A stretch of DNA of 63,932 nucleotides, counting the filler, from Choristocarpus tenellus KU-1152 (Eukaryota > Protista > Phaeophyceae): NCBI GenBank assembly GCA_964200185.2. It is 11 parts of 11 records of this genome, joined end to end, with 100 filler letters (N's around TTAATTAATTAA, not from the genome) between each part and the next. Parts side by side here need not be neighbours in the genome. Positions count along the whole stretch, not along the records: positions 1 to 8,860 come from CAXNAD020004250.1; positions 8,961 to 13,131 come from CAXNAD020015859.1; positions 13,232 to 19,065 come from CAXNAD020009644.1; 8 more parts are not named here. One strand, 5' to 3'. This document shows positions 1 through 13,809 of the stretch, piece by piece (position 1 is the stretch's first letter; the number at the start of each line of letters is the position of its first letter). Made by a program: the position numbers and the translations under genes. The notes beneath the pieces were generated by a model, which saw only the letters and a list, made by a program, of their open reading frames with translations, was not told where the DNA came from and ran no database searches.

Positions 1-120
1 CCTCCCCCACACACAGAACAGGTCTTCCTCCGTGCCCATCCCCACCCCTTCCTCCACCTCCCACTACAATCCTCCCTGTTCCTTCGCACACCCTGACCCC
101 AAGTCCATCAGTAGTCTCAC

Positions 121-3100
121 CAGAAAAAAACAGGACCGGCCTCTCGAGACGTTTGAGTCTCTCTTGACTATCCCATCGAAGTCGCAGCACCAGCCACTTT
201 ATCCCAGACAGCACCGGGAAGACCTGATCCACCATGTGAGATATGCTAAGGAACGTGTTCTCTACCACCAGCGCCTTCACCTGTCGAAAAAGATCAAGAG
301 ATCAAGATATTGAAATTATTTTATTTTTCAAAAAAAAAATAATACTACGATCATTGAAAAGATAAATAAAATCACCAAAACGCACCAACAAGCCAAATCG
401 AAGACGATCTCGATGATTAAAAAACAAACGTTCCTATAGAGGTACAAGAAGGCGCGACAGTGGGTGAGACAAAGAAGGGTACTTAACAGTGAAAAGGTAC
501 AGCACTTGCAGCACCTCCGTCGTGGAGTTGAACGTTTAAATCTATGCACTTTTAGAGAGAGAAAGATGGAAAAAAATACTTAACCTCTGGGGGGAGGGGG
601 GGAAGGGGGGGTATAGGGATACCATGTATGTCTTCGAGGTGTATGGCATGGGATGGAGGAAGGGGACCACTGCAGGCAATGAGAGTGACTATCACCTACA
701 TTCCACCCAGTAGCAGTCAGTTAATGCCTGACACACCATGCTTGCCTCTTGTCAAAGAGTGTTGGAGCTACAAATACACTGTAGCCCCCTGACAATAGAT
801 CCGTATACTCTGCTGATAAGTGGGGCGTGTTCTATGCACCAGTGTACCCCCGTCCAACCCTCCAGAAACGCCTTGCCTGATCAGGGTACTCCACTGCTGC
901 CGCAATGGCAACTGCACCACCTAGAGACCTCCCAAACACTATGAGCTTATCGGGGTCAACCCTGGCAAGCGGGTCCTCCTTCAGTGCCCTAAGGGCTGCC
1001 TCCGCATCCAGCACAAGTCCCTCCTCCGAAGGTATTCCCTCACTTTTTCCGTATCTGTCGGTTACATCAGTTACAAGGTCAGATGATCAAGGGGGTGACT
1101 GGGGAAAATTGGGGGAGGATTGACAATTGCCGAGACCGTCACCAGTTCGCCGTGACCTAAACATCAATAGCAGCACAGAATGCAGGACCCTCGTAAATCA
1201 GTATGCTTAACTGCAGGCTCCATACAATACCAGCTAAGGTACTCTCAGTCGGAAAAAAAAAAGCCTTGGTGACGGTGAAAGCTCTAGGCCGTAACCAAGA
1301 GTCTTGTAGAAAACAGGAATCAACTGTCAGAACAATGCCGCAGCAAAAAAGTGCACAGTGATCCCCCTCACCCTTCCACTCCACTCCACTCCACTCCACA
1401 ATCCTTCTCGGCCCTCAACGGTACTACTTCATCCCCCTCGCCAAGAACCTTTATCGAAGCCTGCACAAGCTATGCATCAGAACGCTCACGCCAACAAGAA
1501 TCAAATGTTCTGATAGCCGTGCGCGAGATCTCAATCGTACCACAGGTCTAAACCACTGTGTCAGTGCCCTGCTTGTACAACACTGTGCCAAACGTAGGCA
1601 TATGGAGATAAGTAGCGCTCAAGCAAAAGGAGGCAATTCATACTTCTTTTTTTCACAAAGATGATGGTGGGAAAAACGCCTCGCATGATTAGAGATACAG
1701 AATAGCTCTGTAAGTGCTGTACAATCGTCTAAAACACTCGATGCACGGATTCTTTTTCAAGAGGTTGCACTTTTTGCCACTGCCTGCATATGTTAGTAGC
1801 GTAATAGGCGGTTTTGGATGATGTGAAGACACTCTTGTGGGCTAGGTCCAACAGTACCTTTCCTCATAGCTGAGAGACGTGAGACAAACGGATCGCTTGT
1901 GCTCTTGCCGCTCACAGAAAAAAATAAGGAAAAGGTAATGTCATGCTCTGACTGCTGTAATGCACCCCCCTTGCTCTCCCCCCCACCAAGCAATACATCA
2001 ACCTGTACACCCACATGGGAACACGTTACAAACTATATTTTCAGCTTGAGTTTGGCACAACTCACCCCCTGTATTCCACAAGAAAGATATTGCACTGCAG
2101 GGCTTGCAACATCTCCTTCGCATTAATGAGCCTCATCCCGATGTTGCCTGCATTCCCATGGAAATACAAAATTGTGGGAACCTGTACAACGTATAAATTC
2201 AAGGTTGGGGAGAGGTGAAGGAATGGAGGACAGTCGGGGAGGGGGTAGAGGGAAGAGTGTATTTGGTTCCTTCGTGAGGATTGGCTATGTTGTAACCCTA
2301 TAATAATGTAACTCAGCTATGCTCCTTGAGTCATGGCTGTCACACACAGGTAAGACGTGCTGGTATATACTCAATTTAGCGGGTGAAGGGGATGCCCATG
2401 ACTAATGGGAGCTTCCACGACAGGGCTCAAATGTTCTTATCTGGAGATCATTCGTATTACCCTTGGAGGAGCAAAAATCAAGCAGATTATCTAGAAACTG
2501 AAATTGGAGGATCTTGCGTGCCGTGTAATATTTCTTCTGAAACAACACGACAGCAATTTTATGGCGTGTCTCCAGTGAGACACACGATCAGATAGAGGGA
2601 GAGTGACGAGAAGGTTTCATGCTGAAGCCTGCAGTTCTTGTTGAGAGCCTACCTTTTCTGTGTTTGAACTCCTGAGAAGCCAGCCGTGTATCCTTACATT
2701 GTCCAGGGTGGTCATATACATATCTTCATACTTTAAACCGTGCTCAGCAGGACTACGCAATCCTGCACGCAGGGCATGAGAAGATTGATGTCAGCATCTC
2801 CTACATATGAGGACCAGGGCAGTCGTTTGCCTTTGCGGTTTGGCTGAGGGTAAGAAGCGGAACCACTCCTGATCACCATGCCCAATGACTACATTTCTTT
2901 CTTATCACCTTGAAATATTGAAAAATGTCTTAATTTAATTGAAAACAAGGCACTTACGTCAATTCTTGAATCCTCTCAAATGAGGACGATGCTCACGGTC
3001 TTTATGGATACAGTCTATATGAGAAACCTGATCCAAGAATGGTGAAAGCGATATTGACGTTGACCAGCAAGAGTAGATGGACCTAATATCGGGATTTGAG

Positions 3101-3743
3101 ACTCAAAAAAATTCCACGCCCGTCCGTAAAGGCGGCAACAACAACCTGGAAGCACTGAGAAAGGACCACACTAGATTCCAAAGAGATCTAAACATATTGG
3201 GAGCGCACAAAAAGATTACCTATACTTTGAGGTACAATCAAGTATACACCTTACCTACAATTTTGGTTGCACAAAGGGGATTTCTTGAGTCCTACTTACG
3301 GGTATGCTCATGAAAAGCTAACAGCTGGAGTTCTACAACATGCAACTACCTGCTATAGTACAATGCGAGCTTTTGCTTAGACCACCAAAACAGTAATATA
3401 TCGATGTGTCAACAGGGTTGCAAGGAAAATGCGGGCAATGAGAGGTCCCTGTACTGACACGATGTTCCACCTAGCGCGCAGCTCTCCCCTTCACCAGCAT
3501 AGGAACAGTGCAATTCGTACGCTAAAACAAGGGATAGACCTTACAGATTTATATCCAACATATCTCAACATCAATATGATTGAACCAATCCCCCTCACCC
3601 CTAGGATTGTCATCAGGGTCCTTAATAGGTAGTGTGGGGAAGTAGAGCAGCTTCTCCTGGTAAAGGAAGAGCGCAACACCGAAGGCAACGCCAAGGACAC
3701 ATATTCCCCCTATGCAGTATGCAGCATTCGATAACCATCCCAT
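121..3743 (-). CDS. ABHD13: Alpha/beta hydrolase ABHD13/Bem46-like; 3' end runs off window; exons 3743-3599, 2762-2653, 2181-2066, 1054-877, 280-121
   Basis: Spliced translation gives an N-terminal TM anchor ([15 protein letters not shown]), [36 protein letters not shown], nucleophile elbow [10 protein letters not shown] and [10 protein letters not shown]. Intron phases are consistent; one donor is GC (876). Confidence 0.92.
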
Positions 3744-3937
3744 CGATTAAGGAGTCTGAGGGTTCAAACTCTTTCAGTGTGCCAGACGTAAAATATTGGC
3801 GTCTGTGTGGAAGACGTGTGTGTTGGTTGAACTGAAACGAAATCGGTTGGTGAACAATACAAAATGTAAAACACATGAACATGTCGATCACTAGTTGCAG
3901 GGTTGAGTTGCTCTGTCGACCCTGCCAATAGTGAAGG

Positions 3938-4711
3938 ATGGGTAAACTATTTGGAAGAGTGACTTCTTCCTTTCTTCTAGCGATGTGCTGCCTATCACCG
4001 GTGTCTACGTTTGTCCTCCGGTTCGGGGTCTTCAGAGCAGGGTCCTCGTTCCTTCGTTCGTCGACCTCTTGTCGAGTTATTCCTTCACTGGGCCAGGACA
4101 GGCAACCAACGCCTTTCTCACACAATCACTGTCGTCTTCTTCTCGCTTCCACTGATGAAAGTGATATTACGAAAACAGATTCTCCGGAGGTTGATGGAGT
4201 TGTAACAGAGCTGTCTGCCAGTGACCTACCGATCGACCTGGCGAAGGATATCGACTTTGAGCCTCCCCAATCAAAGGTGGAGGAAAAGGATAAGGAGGAG
4301 GGCACATCACAGGTAAGTTTTGCTGTGATTTGATAGGTCTGTTGCACATAGTCAAAGTTTAACCCCTTGCTGACTCCATTTGTAACCGGTATAATAACTA
4401 TTAGGACCGCAAGTTGGTATGACTCAATTTTGCACGTTTGGAAGGACGTCCACCCAATTTTATATATTTCCTTTTGGTTTAAAATTCCTGATCCTAATTG
4501 TCTCTGCCATTAAGAAGTAGGTAAGCAGCTGATGTAATCATTCTGCCATCCGACCCTAGAACCCCCACCTCCCTCTTGCTCCCCTCCTGTTCGCCCATCC
4601 CCTCAGAGTCGGGTGATCCTTTATGTGGTACTCTCCCTTATCCCTTGCCTGTTCCTACTGCCGTTCCTGGGGTCAAATGAGTTCGTTCCTGTCGATCCCA
4701 ACCAAATGTAA
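3938..4711 (+). CDS. Small (159 aa) probable plastid-targeted single-pass membrane protein of unknown function; exons 3938-4312 and 4607-4711
   Basis: Signal-peptide-like start ending VST-FVL (resembles the heterokont ASA-FAP cleavage motif), then an R/S-rich transit-like stretch and an acidic linker. A GTAAG...CTCAG phase-0 intron precedes the C-terminal hydrophobic helix RVILYVVLSLIPCLFLLPFL and the stop TAA. Confidence 0.75.
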
Positions 4712-5829
4712 TGAAGCAAGGGAACAAATTCACGGCGCTAGTGACTCAAAATTGGGGAGTTAGAGCGGGAGAGGGAACGGGGTCCTTCACTAAACACGCC
4801 ATTGAAGAGAAGGATTGAATGGCTCCCTCCGTCTGGAACGGCCCCCTGCTCACCACAGTGCTATTTGAGTAGAAATAACTGAAACAGCAGGTACGTGCGC
4901 CTGAGCAGAGCATAGGTGCATGCCCATGAGGTCCAATATACATGTGTTGAGTTATCGTGCACTTTTTCTCTGGGGGACCACTGGATCGGGTCAGTTTGTT
5001 AATCTAGAGCCATGGTAATATTTGATTGCAGCAAAATGACCTCCCAACTCTACGTCCAATGATCATTTATAGAAACAATAGAGCAAGCCAGAGGATTTAT
5101 CTCTACTACAGTGCCATGATGTGTAGGAGGTTCTTTGCTCATGTTCCAATAGGTGTCGAAATGAGTGCAATGATGAGAGCTTGTTGGTGGAGGTGGGCAG
5201 GGAAGCTCCGGAATCAGATGTTCTACCTACTCTCATGCTCTTCCCCAACAATGGAAGCCCATCCTAGCACAGAAGTTTAATTTTTTTATGACTCATCAAA
5301 AGGGTAGGGACAAGGTGTGATGTCCAAGGAGCAAAACTCCTCTTTGTGTGGCACCTGCGTAGGATTGTGTGTCCATCTTTCCTTAGGGGTGAATGGAGTT
5401 TCTTGTGCTTTGTAGTTTAAGGTAAGCCAACCTTCATTGCGCTGCCTGTCTCGCCATATTATCGTATCTTCTGTTACTTTCTCACAGCTACCCAGCTGCG
5501 GATTAAATGTAGATCTTCCTAAATATCAAGAGGCGGTGTCAGCATGCATGTGTCGATGATGCAATTACAGCCTGCTACACAGCTGTTCTTGCTCAGACTC
5601 AAATATAGAGCAGTATGCCGTCTGAGGGAAGTTGTGCAGTGACCCTGTTGGCGTTGATTATCAGGCAGATAAGTGCATGTTGTCATTAATTCCAAGGTTT
5701 TCTAGAGCATAATAGATGTGTGTGTCCGGTGTTTTTCTCCTTTCCCCCCCCCTCTGATCCCCATATTGAAGGTAATGACCTATCTTCCATTTCTCGTCTC
5801 AACACCGATGGTGTGGGTTCATCTATGGA

Positions 5830-6480
5830 CCATGGCTTGAAAATATCATCTGGTAATAGGCCTCTACATTTAAACATAATGGGGCAGTGCTGGCTGCTGT
5901 GGATGAGCATTGACTCAAAAGAGCACTATGGATACTGCAAGTGTCTCGGAGGGAGAGTATGGTGCTTAGCATAAGGAGAGCAACTGCGACATCTTGGAAA
6001 ATCACGAATCCCAGTCATTTGTGGGTGTGGCTATTTCTGTGTTTTGCCAGAGGTAGAGTAACAAGGTACCTATCTATCCAATACCCTCCCCCCATACCTT
6101 CTGTCTCAAAAACCCAACCTGTTGCAATGACTGCCTTTGCCCAAGAGGATGTAAGGTCACATCCATTGTTGCTTCTTGTTCTTGGCATGTGTTCTTATCC
6201 TGGCCTAGACTGTGCATATTCTAGTCATGGTGGTGTCCCTCTACAAGTAGTGGTCGTTCAGTGATAGACCACTTACATCCTCTCAGGTACTCACTCCACT
6301 CACAATTGCTCGCACATAGGATCTGTGATCTCTTGAGACATTCCTGTGGGTCAGTGGATCAAGTTTGGGCTCCATCCGGTCCACTCTAGTCTAGACCTCT
6401 GTCTGGCGGTCGTCATTTCTTCCTATGATACCAACAAGAACTCCCCATTATTGTTGTGGGATGCATTACCTGGTGGACTA
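5830..6480 (-). mobile_element. Possible highly degraded Ty3/Gypsy integrase remnant
   Basis: Broken minus-strand peptides DRQTEV, RSYV and WSEYL loosely resemble the integrase C-terminal half (QTDGQTE...LR.YV...W..YL). Many stops and frameshifts. Confidence 0.25.
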
Positions 6481-8860
6481 TCAGTATATCTGTCTACCTT
6501 GGATGGGACATCCTGTGACCAAGTTGTACTAGAAGTAGCATTTTTTTTCAAGTTGCACTGTGCACCAGGATTCGAATTGTACTGCACTTGTATATAATAG
6601 ATTACAGTAACAAAGTAATCCCTTGTAAACAGATGGACATGTTCTGTAGTTGAGGCAGGTCTTCCCTTTTTTCACATAATCTGTAGTTTCATATCTCAAG
6701 GCTGGATCATGATCCAAATGCTGTTACATGGATGAAACAGACAACATGTAAATCGATCTGTTCAGTTGTGAAGTAGGGACAAGAGGACAGCAAGCAAAGG
6801 TCCTTTCCCCAGATTCCATTCTCAATATTTGCTGGCTCCCTCTCTCTTCTTGATGGCACCCAAAGTCTGTAACCAACCACGCCATGTGATCTAATAATAT
6901 TAAGATTACTGCTTGTAGAGAATAGGATTTGTTCATCTCTGAACTCCTTCCAATACCGCTAGTTGGACCCCCATAACAAGGGCACAAACAATACGAAGAC
7001 CTGCATTCACTGCATAGTACAAAAAACGTATTCCCTTTGTCCCATAAGTCTGTTCCTTTATGCATGTACCTCTTTGGGATGACCTCCGATTTCAGTACGG
7101 ATTTTTGCGTTGGATTTCTCGCTGAAATTTAGGTAAGATGAATTGTATTTGAAAATATATATCCCGAAATTATTCTGAAGATATGGAACAGAGTTTAGGC
7201 GGGCATAGGCCCACAAGAAGGCATTAATTGGTGGGTTGGCAGCATTGAGTGAAAGCCAGGAAAGGTATTCTAATGCAAGAATCCTTTTTGAAATCGGAGG
7301 TCATCCCGAAGAGTTACATGAATAAAGGAACAGACTGATGGGACAGAGAGAGTACATGGTTGAAGTCTATGCACACAACACTATTACCCCTCAAGACGCA
7401 CTCTACTCGGCACAATACCATTTTGCCGAGCACTCATTTTTTTCATCCAACAATGCATCCTATGATGCTTCCTTGTGAATGGCTCCTGAGTTGCCTTTCT
7501 TATATTCATAGATAAACCGAGCAAGAGGTTGAACAATAATATTCTGGTGTAATTTGGTTTATTTTATTTAGCACTAAGTAAGAATAATACTTGGTTTTCT
7601 ATGTTGGGGGTGGGTGGGATCGTCTAAGTCATTTTATTAAATCAGTTAGGGAGGGGTAGCATTATTACTTCAATGAATAATACTCGAGTTGGACCCAGGG
7701 ATCGGAAAATTATGAAACACTGCTACGTATTATTAATAGGACGATATTCTACGTTCTACTCGTTGGTAGTACACACAGTCTCGAACCAGAGCAGTGGTAC
7801 GAATCCCTACATGCTTGGAAGTTGTAGTTAGTCGCACATACCCCTGATCTTTTGACAGCTTAACATTGTATATTATTTCATTATCATGCCCTCTGACATT
7901 TTGGTTATTTGTCAGGGGAATAACCAATGAAAACTATTCACATGTCAGAAAAATCCCTAAAGTAATAGTTGTCATAAATGAATAAAACATTAATCTATTT
8001 ACTATTTTACCACCAGCTATGCTTTACCACTAGCTTCCTGTGCCTCCAACCTAGCTTATTCCTGCACCCCAGGGCGAGGAGCTAGGGAAGAGTCCCAAGA
8101 ATCGTATATTATATAGGGGCTTATATTTGGTATATAATGTGTGCTTATTTGTGTTTGGCTATGTAGTGTGTTACTACAAGAAGAAGAGTAAGGTATGAGC
8201 AATAAATGATATCAACAATCATCATCAGTTTCTTGTCATTTTCTTGTGCTTCAGTCAGCCACAACTATTTGTCGAGGATGTGGACACACCCGTCAGTCAG
8301 TCTATTGGGGCGAATTTGATTTTGTTACATAGAATTATTACTTCTGGAGTATAACATACCATTCAAATCAAGCGGATTGGAGACATTTCGGAAGTTCCCA
8401 AAAAAACTTTAGAACCTGGATATGTGCAGCAAGCAGTCTCCATATTGATTGTGATGTATTCTAAGTGCATTCAAGGGATATTTTTGTGTGCAGGGAGTCA
8501 AAGTAATTGATAGGTAGGCAGGTTTGGACCCTTTTGCATTCTAAGCCAGCTTTCTCATCCTGTGCAATACACCCTAACTTGTTTTTTGTCCACGATAAAA
8601 TCGTGCACGCAAAATTGATATTCCTCCTTTCCACACACAAAAAGTGACACCACAATTCGCAGAACCTCTCTCTCAGAATCACTAAAATGCAACCTTCCCC
8701 CCTCTCCATTACTTTTTCTCAAAACTACAGAAAGACTGTGTATTGTGAAAAGGGATCGATTGAAATTTGAAAAACAAAAAATAAAAAGTTACAAAAATAT
8801 GGGTTAGCATTGAACAGAGGATTTTCAAAATTGGGGATGGAGCGGGACTACGAGGATGGT

Positions 8861-8960
8861 NNNNNNNNNNNNNNNNNNNNNNNNNNNNNNNNNNNNNNNN
8901 NNNNTTAATTAATTAANNNNNNNNNNNNNNNNNNNNNNNNNNNNNNNNNNNNNNNNNNNN
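8861..8960. other. Artificial contig spacer N44-TTAATTAATTAA-N44. Same spacer at 13132-13231, 19066-19165, 22694-22793, 25632-25731, 32398-32497, 36485-36584, 42417-42516, 48064-48163, 60698-60797
   Basis: Identical 100-bp N-padded linker with stops in all six frames occurs ten times. Confidence 0.98.
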
Positions 8961-11900
8961 CGCGACAACCTTCATGAACAACAGTGCTTATCGGGGTGGA
9001 GCGCTTTATGTTGGTGAACATTCTATCACTTCCTGGAGTGGTGTGACGATCTTTGAGGGCAACAGCGCTGGCTTTACAGGAGGGGTAGTGTACGCTGATG
9101 TGTCATCGTACATTTCTTGGAAGGGTTTGACAAATTTCGCCAAGAATAGTGCGGTAAATGGAGGGGTGCTATTTATTTGGGAAAAGACAGTAGTTTTCTC
9201 AAATGGCCAGACCAACTTTGCTGGCAACAGTGCCAGTGAAAACGGGGGGGTGTTGCATATTTCAGCAGACTCGATAGCCACATTTGTAGGCAATACAACA
9301 TTTGATGGCAACTCTGCCATGACTGGAGGAGCTGTGTATTCAACAAGTAATGTTCAAGGCCAAAAGTTCTATGGGGTCACGTTTCAGTTCAACTCGGCTG
9401 AGATTGGAGGCGCTGTTGCGACATACGGCACGGGCATTGGCACTAGCTTCAAGAAGCCGACCGAGTACATCAATTGTTCTTTCCTACACAATGTGGCCAC
9501 TTCTTCAGGAGGGGGCGTGGAAAGTGCTTTTGGGCAAGATAATTTCAAAGGGTCATATTTTGTCAACAATTTAGCAGGTAAATAGCCCCTGTGCATATCC
9601 ATCCAACCATGTTTGCACCGATTTGAATGCAGCAAGATCTCTCTCACCATGCAAGCGTTTATTGTTTCGTTGCCAGATGTGGGAGGTGCCTTGAGAGTTG
9701 GTGGAACAGTTGACATTAGCGGCTCATTGTTTGAAAGGAACTGGGCAAGGAGAGCAGGTTCTGCTGTGAGCAGCGCTGGTGGCGTCACAGCCATGAAAAA
9801 TACTTCATTTGATGGCAATTCCTTCGTTTGTTTTGCTGGGAAATACCTGACATTTTTGGAAGTGAGCACACATGCCAACCTAACCGAGGATTGCCATATA
9901 CCCTCATATGTCAAGTGATCTCTTTCTTTCGAGGATTGGCGTACAAGTGTTCCCCACTGATCTTTCTTCCGCGTTATGGGCACCCAGACTAATGACATTT
10001 CGTCAAGCAGCACAAAGGCTGACAATAATTAGAATTGAGCTCTCATTGAAGATTGCTTCCCAACCTGCCACACACAGGGTAACAACACTGCACGCTACAA
10101 CACAGTGTGTGATGGATGCATTGAATGGGAAATGTGCGAAAATTGCTCCATCCAGGAGGGTACACTAAATCCAGTGTGTTCAAGTACCCTGAAGCATACA
10201 ACAGCTGGCGATAATGTCACACTGGAGACATTGACAATTGACAAAGGTTACTGGCGAATTGCGACAAACAGCGAGGAAATCCTCCCCTGCTATAACGCTG
10301 ATGCCTGTGTTGGGGGACAGACAGGCTCGAGTAATTTCTGTGAAGTTGGCTATTTGGGACCATGTAAGACCAACGCGGGTATACTAAAAGAACGCCTGTT
10401 TGTGGGAGAGATTTTTGCATATGATATATGTAAACACTATACCGTCTTCTGATGTGCTGTGCAGATTGTTCAGTGTGTGACGAGAAGTATGCCACGACAT
10501 TGGCGTTCACATGCTCCAAGTGCTCAGGCACAGATGGTGATGGATTTCTGGCTGTTGCAACCATCTTACTGGGAATTATTGTATTGGGTTTTGTGCTGGT
10601 TGTCACCCACCTGATGTCAACAGAGTTCACAGACCGTAGCAATGGATTTCTCAACAGGGTGATGAGGGCACTTCCTCTGCAGGCCATAAAGATAGTTATC
10701 GTTGTGTGGCAGATCTCAACACAGGTGAGGTTTTATAGATGTGAGTTGCAGGGGGAAATTCCACCACAACAAGCGTTTCACTCGATGTTGAACGTTATTT
10801 TGACCTCTATCATTCAAGAAACAATATGACATGTTAAAATAGAAGTAGCTGGTCTTGTGAAGCTTAATGAGTAAGAATATGCAGCTAGAGATTACTGATT
10901 TTTGGGATACACTATGAATTATACTATTGTTGTATTAGGAGTATATTCTTGATTAGATGTAACATGACCATTACGTAAGATCACCCTTGTTTACATATGC
11001 GTATGTCTGGTGTTTGAGTTTTCTTCTTACTTCCATGTAAATACGTCCAGACCAGGGAAGAGGGGGGGTTTTCTGCGCACACATTATAAATGCGAGAGAG
11101 CACTTAGCTTCGATAGATCAGACAAGAACCACAAACCAAGTTAAGATTTTATGTACAGTACATCCAAATCTATCCAGTCTTTGGTGATTTTTCTTGCACA
11201 CCTTGTATTTTTAGCGACGTAGTGAACAAGTTAGGTTTTAATATATAATGATACATAATATAGACTCTGTTGTTATGTTCGTTGTGTTACATCTTTTTGT
11301 AAACAAAATACAATAGAAAACTCATTACAGGACCCAAGTGATTGAGTAATAACCATATCCTCACATAATTATATAATTTAGGTGGTGCTTCAAATTTAAA
11401 ACACCCCATCCTCGCCCCCAATCTCAACCATCAATCAGTGGTAAATGTTCTGATATTTCAATTTTTCAGACTTCAAATTATACACCCAAACTACTCTATG
11501 TATAGTATAGTAGTTTGTGATAAGAAGTCAGATACTTGTATAAGTATGAGGTTTGGGTCTAATGAAACACAAACTTATATATGTGTCACGCCGATATCTC
11601 CAGTGTTGCTAGTGGTACAAATCGAAACATGAGGCATACGTTCCATAAGTACTAGGTGACTTCACTATAGAAAGCAATAACATACTCTGTTGCGTATTTT
11701 TGTGCTCTCTAGAAGGTTGCTTCTTTCTTCAAGGTGGTCACCCACGACAACATGTGGGAAATGTAATAGGTATTCGAGTAAAATATCATTCATAGAAGGT
11801 CCGTCCATACATTCATCCTTATAGAAGAAAAGTAATGTTGATTTAGTGACCAAGGAAGGATTAGCAACTATTGATATTTATACTACTATGTACTTACAAC

Positions 11901-13018
11901 AATAACAAGTTGCAATAAAATTTCAACTCTTCACCAATTATCAGTCTCAAATGGGCAGATTTTACATTTCCACATCACTATGGACTGTAGTATATTTTTC
12001 TTAGAAAATGATCAATCGTCATTAACTAATGTTACTTTGCAATCATTTGACTAATGGTTTCAACTGCTCACAATTTGTGCTATTTTATCCCGCACAGTTT
12101 GCCTCTGTTGCCAATGTGACCTATCCAGACGTCTATGAGAGTTTCTTGAAGGGGGTTGACTTCATCAATCTCGATCTCGGTTGGATTGTCTCTGTCGGGT
12201 GCATTGTCGATACTGACTTTCACGACCGGATGCTTGCTACCACCATCAGTCCATTGGTGGTCACAGCCCTTCTTGCAGGGACATACATTGTTGCTGTGCA
12301 CCGGACACGCAATTCTGAGGATGCTTTGTTGAAGGTCCGCCATAGGCATGCATCCATGATTCTCCTATTAACATTCCTGGTCTACTCGCCAGTATCGTCA
12401 TCAGTGTTCCGCATGTTTGCTTGCGATCCTCTCGATGGGAAAACCTACCTTCGAGCAGATTATCGGATATTGTGCACAGATTCAAAGCACCGTGCACTTC
12501 CGGTGTATGCTGCAATGATGATTGCTGTGTATCCTGTGGGCATCCCACTTTTATATGCCATTCTCTTGTTTCAGTGCCGCAATATTTTGTCAGATGATTC
12601 TAGGGAGGGGAATTTGCGAGTCCGGCCAATTGCTGACCTGTGGACACCATACAGGCCGGAACGTTTCTACTACGAAGTTGTTGAATATTTTCGGAGGATC
12701 TTTCTGACTGGAATTGTCGTTTTCATCGCCCCCAATACAGCAGCACAAATTGCAGTTACGGCCCTATTAGCATTTGCTTTCTTCACAGTGTCGGAGGTTC
12801 TCTCCCCGTATGCATCCAAGGTAGACACATGGCTTTCCCGATGGGGTCACATTGTGGTATTTCTGACAATGTTCTTTGCACTTCTCCTTAAGGTTGATGT
12901 ATCAACAGAAGATGATGACAGTCAGGGGGTGTTCTCTGTTTTTTTGGTGGGAATACATGACTTTATGATTTTGGCTGTTGTTATGGAAACGTTCTACGTT
13001 GCCTGGTCCATCAGATAG
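8961..13018 (+). CDS. Pmp-like (GGA[ILV]/FxxN beta-helix repeat) cell-surface protein with Cys-rich stalk and multi-pass C-terminal membrane domain, 5'-truncated; exons <8961-9577, 9677-9861, 10078-10363, 10465-10724, 12098-13018
   Basis: Repeated FxxNSAxxGG[AV][LV] units, then a Cys-rich region (GYWR...C...ACVGG...CEVGYLGPYCSVC). KIVIVVWQISTQ|FAS follows, then YLRADYRILC, YPVGIP, YRPERFYYEVVEYFRR and ~7 further hydrophobic helices. Introns are GT-AG with matching phases. Confidence 0.85.
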
Positions 13019-13809
13019 GATAGGGTAGCAATATTGTCTAAGGCGCAGTCGGCAAACGTAGTGCATTCAACAGTGGATTTTAAAAATTGAGGATGGAGCG
13101 TACTATTGAGGATAGTTTTGACCGAAAATGGNNNNNNNNNNNNNNNNNNNNNNNNNNNNNNNNNNNNNNNNNNNNTTAATTAATTAANNNNNNNNNNNNN
13201 NNNNNNNNNNNNNNNNNNNNNNNNNNNNNNNTTGTACATCCTGGAAGGTGAGCATTGAGGGGCGTCCGTAATAGATCTGGGGATCCCTTCTACCTTCCAC
13301 CCACCTCTCTTCATCCTTACCAGCACTAAAGTACCTTTCTTGTCTACCCTACACTCTCTGATCTTCAAGCACTCCTTCCTTAGTCCTGAATCAACAGGTG
13401 CATTGCAACGAGCCTTTCGGGCTGGCACCTCACCGTCATACATTTTCTTTCTTCACACCAAGTGGACAGGGGCTTGGAAACATGTATTTTATTAAAACAA
13501 GAAAATTGTCCCCCTCCTGTGTATCTCCCTTTTCTTATTCCGCTTATATAGCCTATTAAACCTTTGGGGGGGAAGACGTTAAAACAAAGGCTCCTCATTT
13601 GATTTGTTTTGATACAAAACAGTATCGTCAGTCCATACTGAATGTTGATTTGTCCATTGTAATGACCACTATTATCATTTACCTCATTAGCTCTTCATCG
13701 CAACACCGTCAATCAGCTTCAGAACACCACAGTACATAGGAAGCGTAAGAAGAGTCGCTTCCGACAACACATACAGGCATACCATGCGTCGCATCAGTTC
13801 CCTCAGACG

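Noticed and set aside
8905-8916. Regularly recurring TTAATTAATTAA palindrome that might look like a repeat array or recombination site
   Set aside because: Always centred in 100-bp N blocks; it is an artificial six-frame-stop linker.
13016-13131. Possible stop-codon readthrough or premature TAG in the receptor gene (frame stays open ~24 codons)
   Set aside because: Sequence from ~13063 matches a repeat also present at 8808-8860, so the short extension is probably chance; it cannot be supported.
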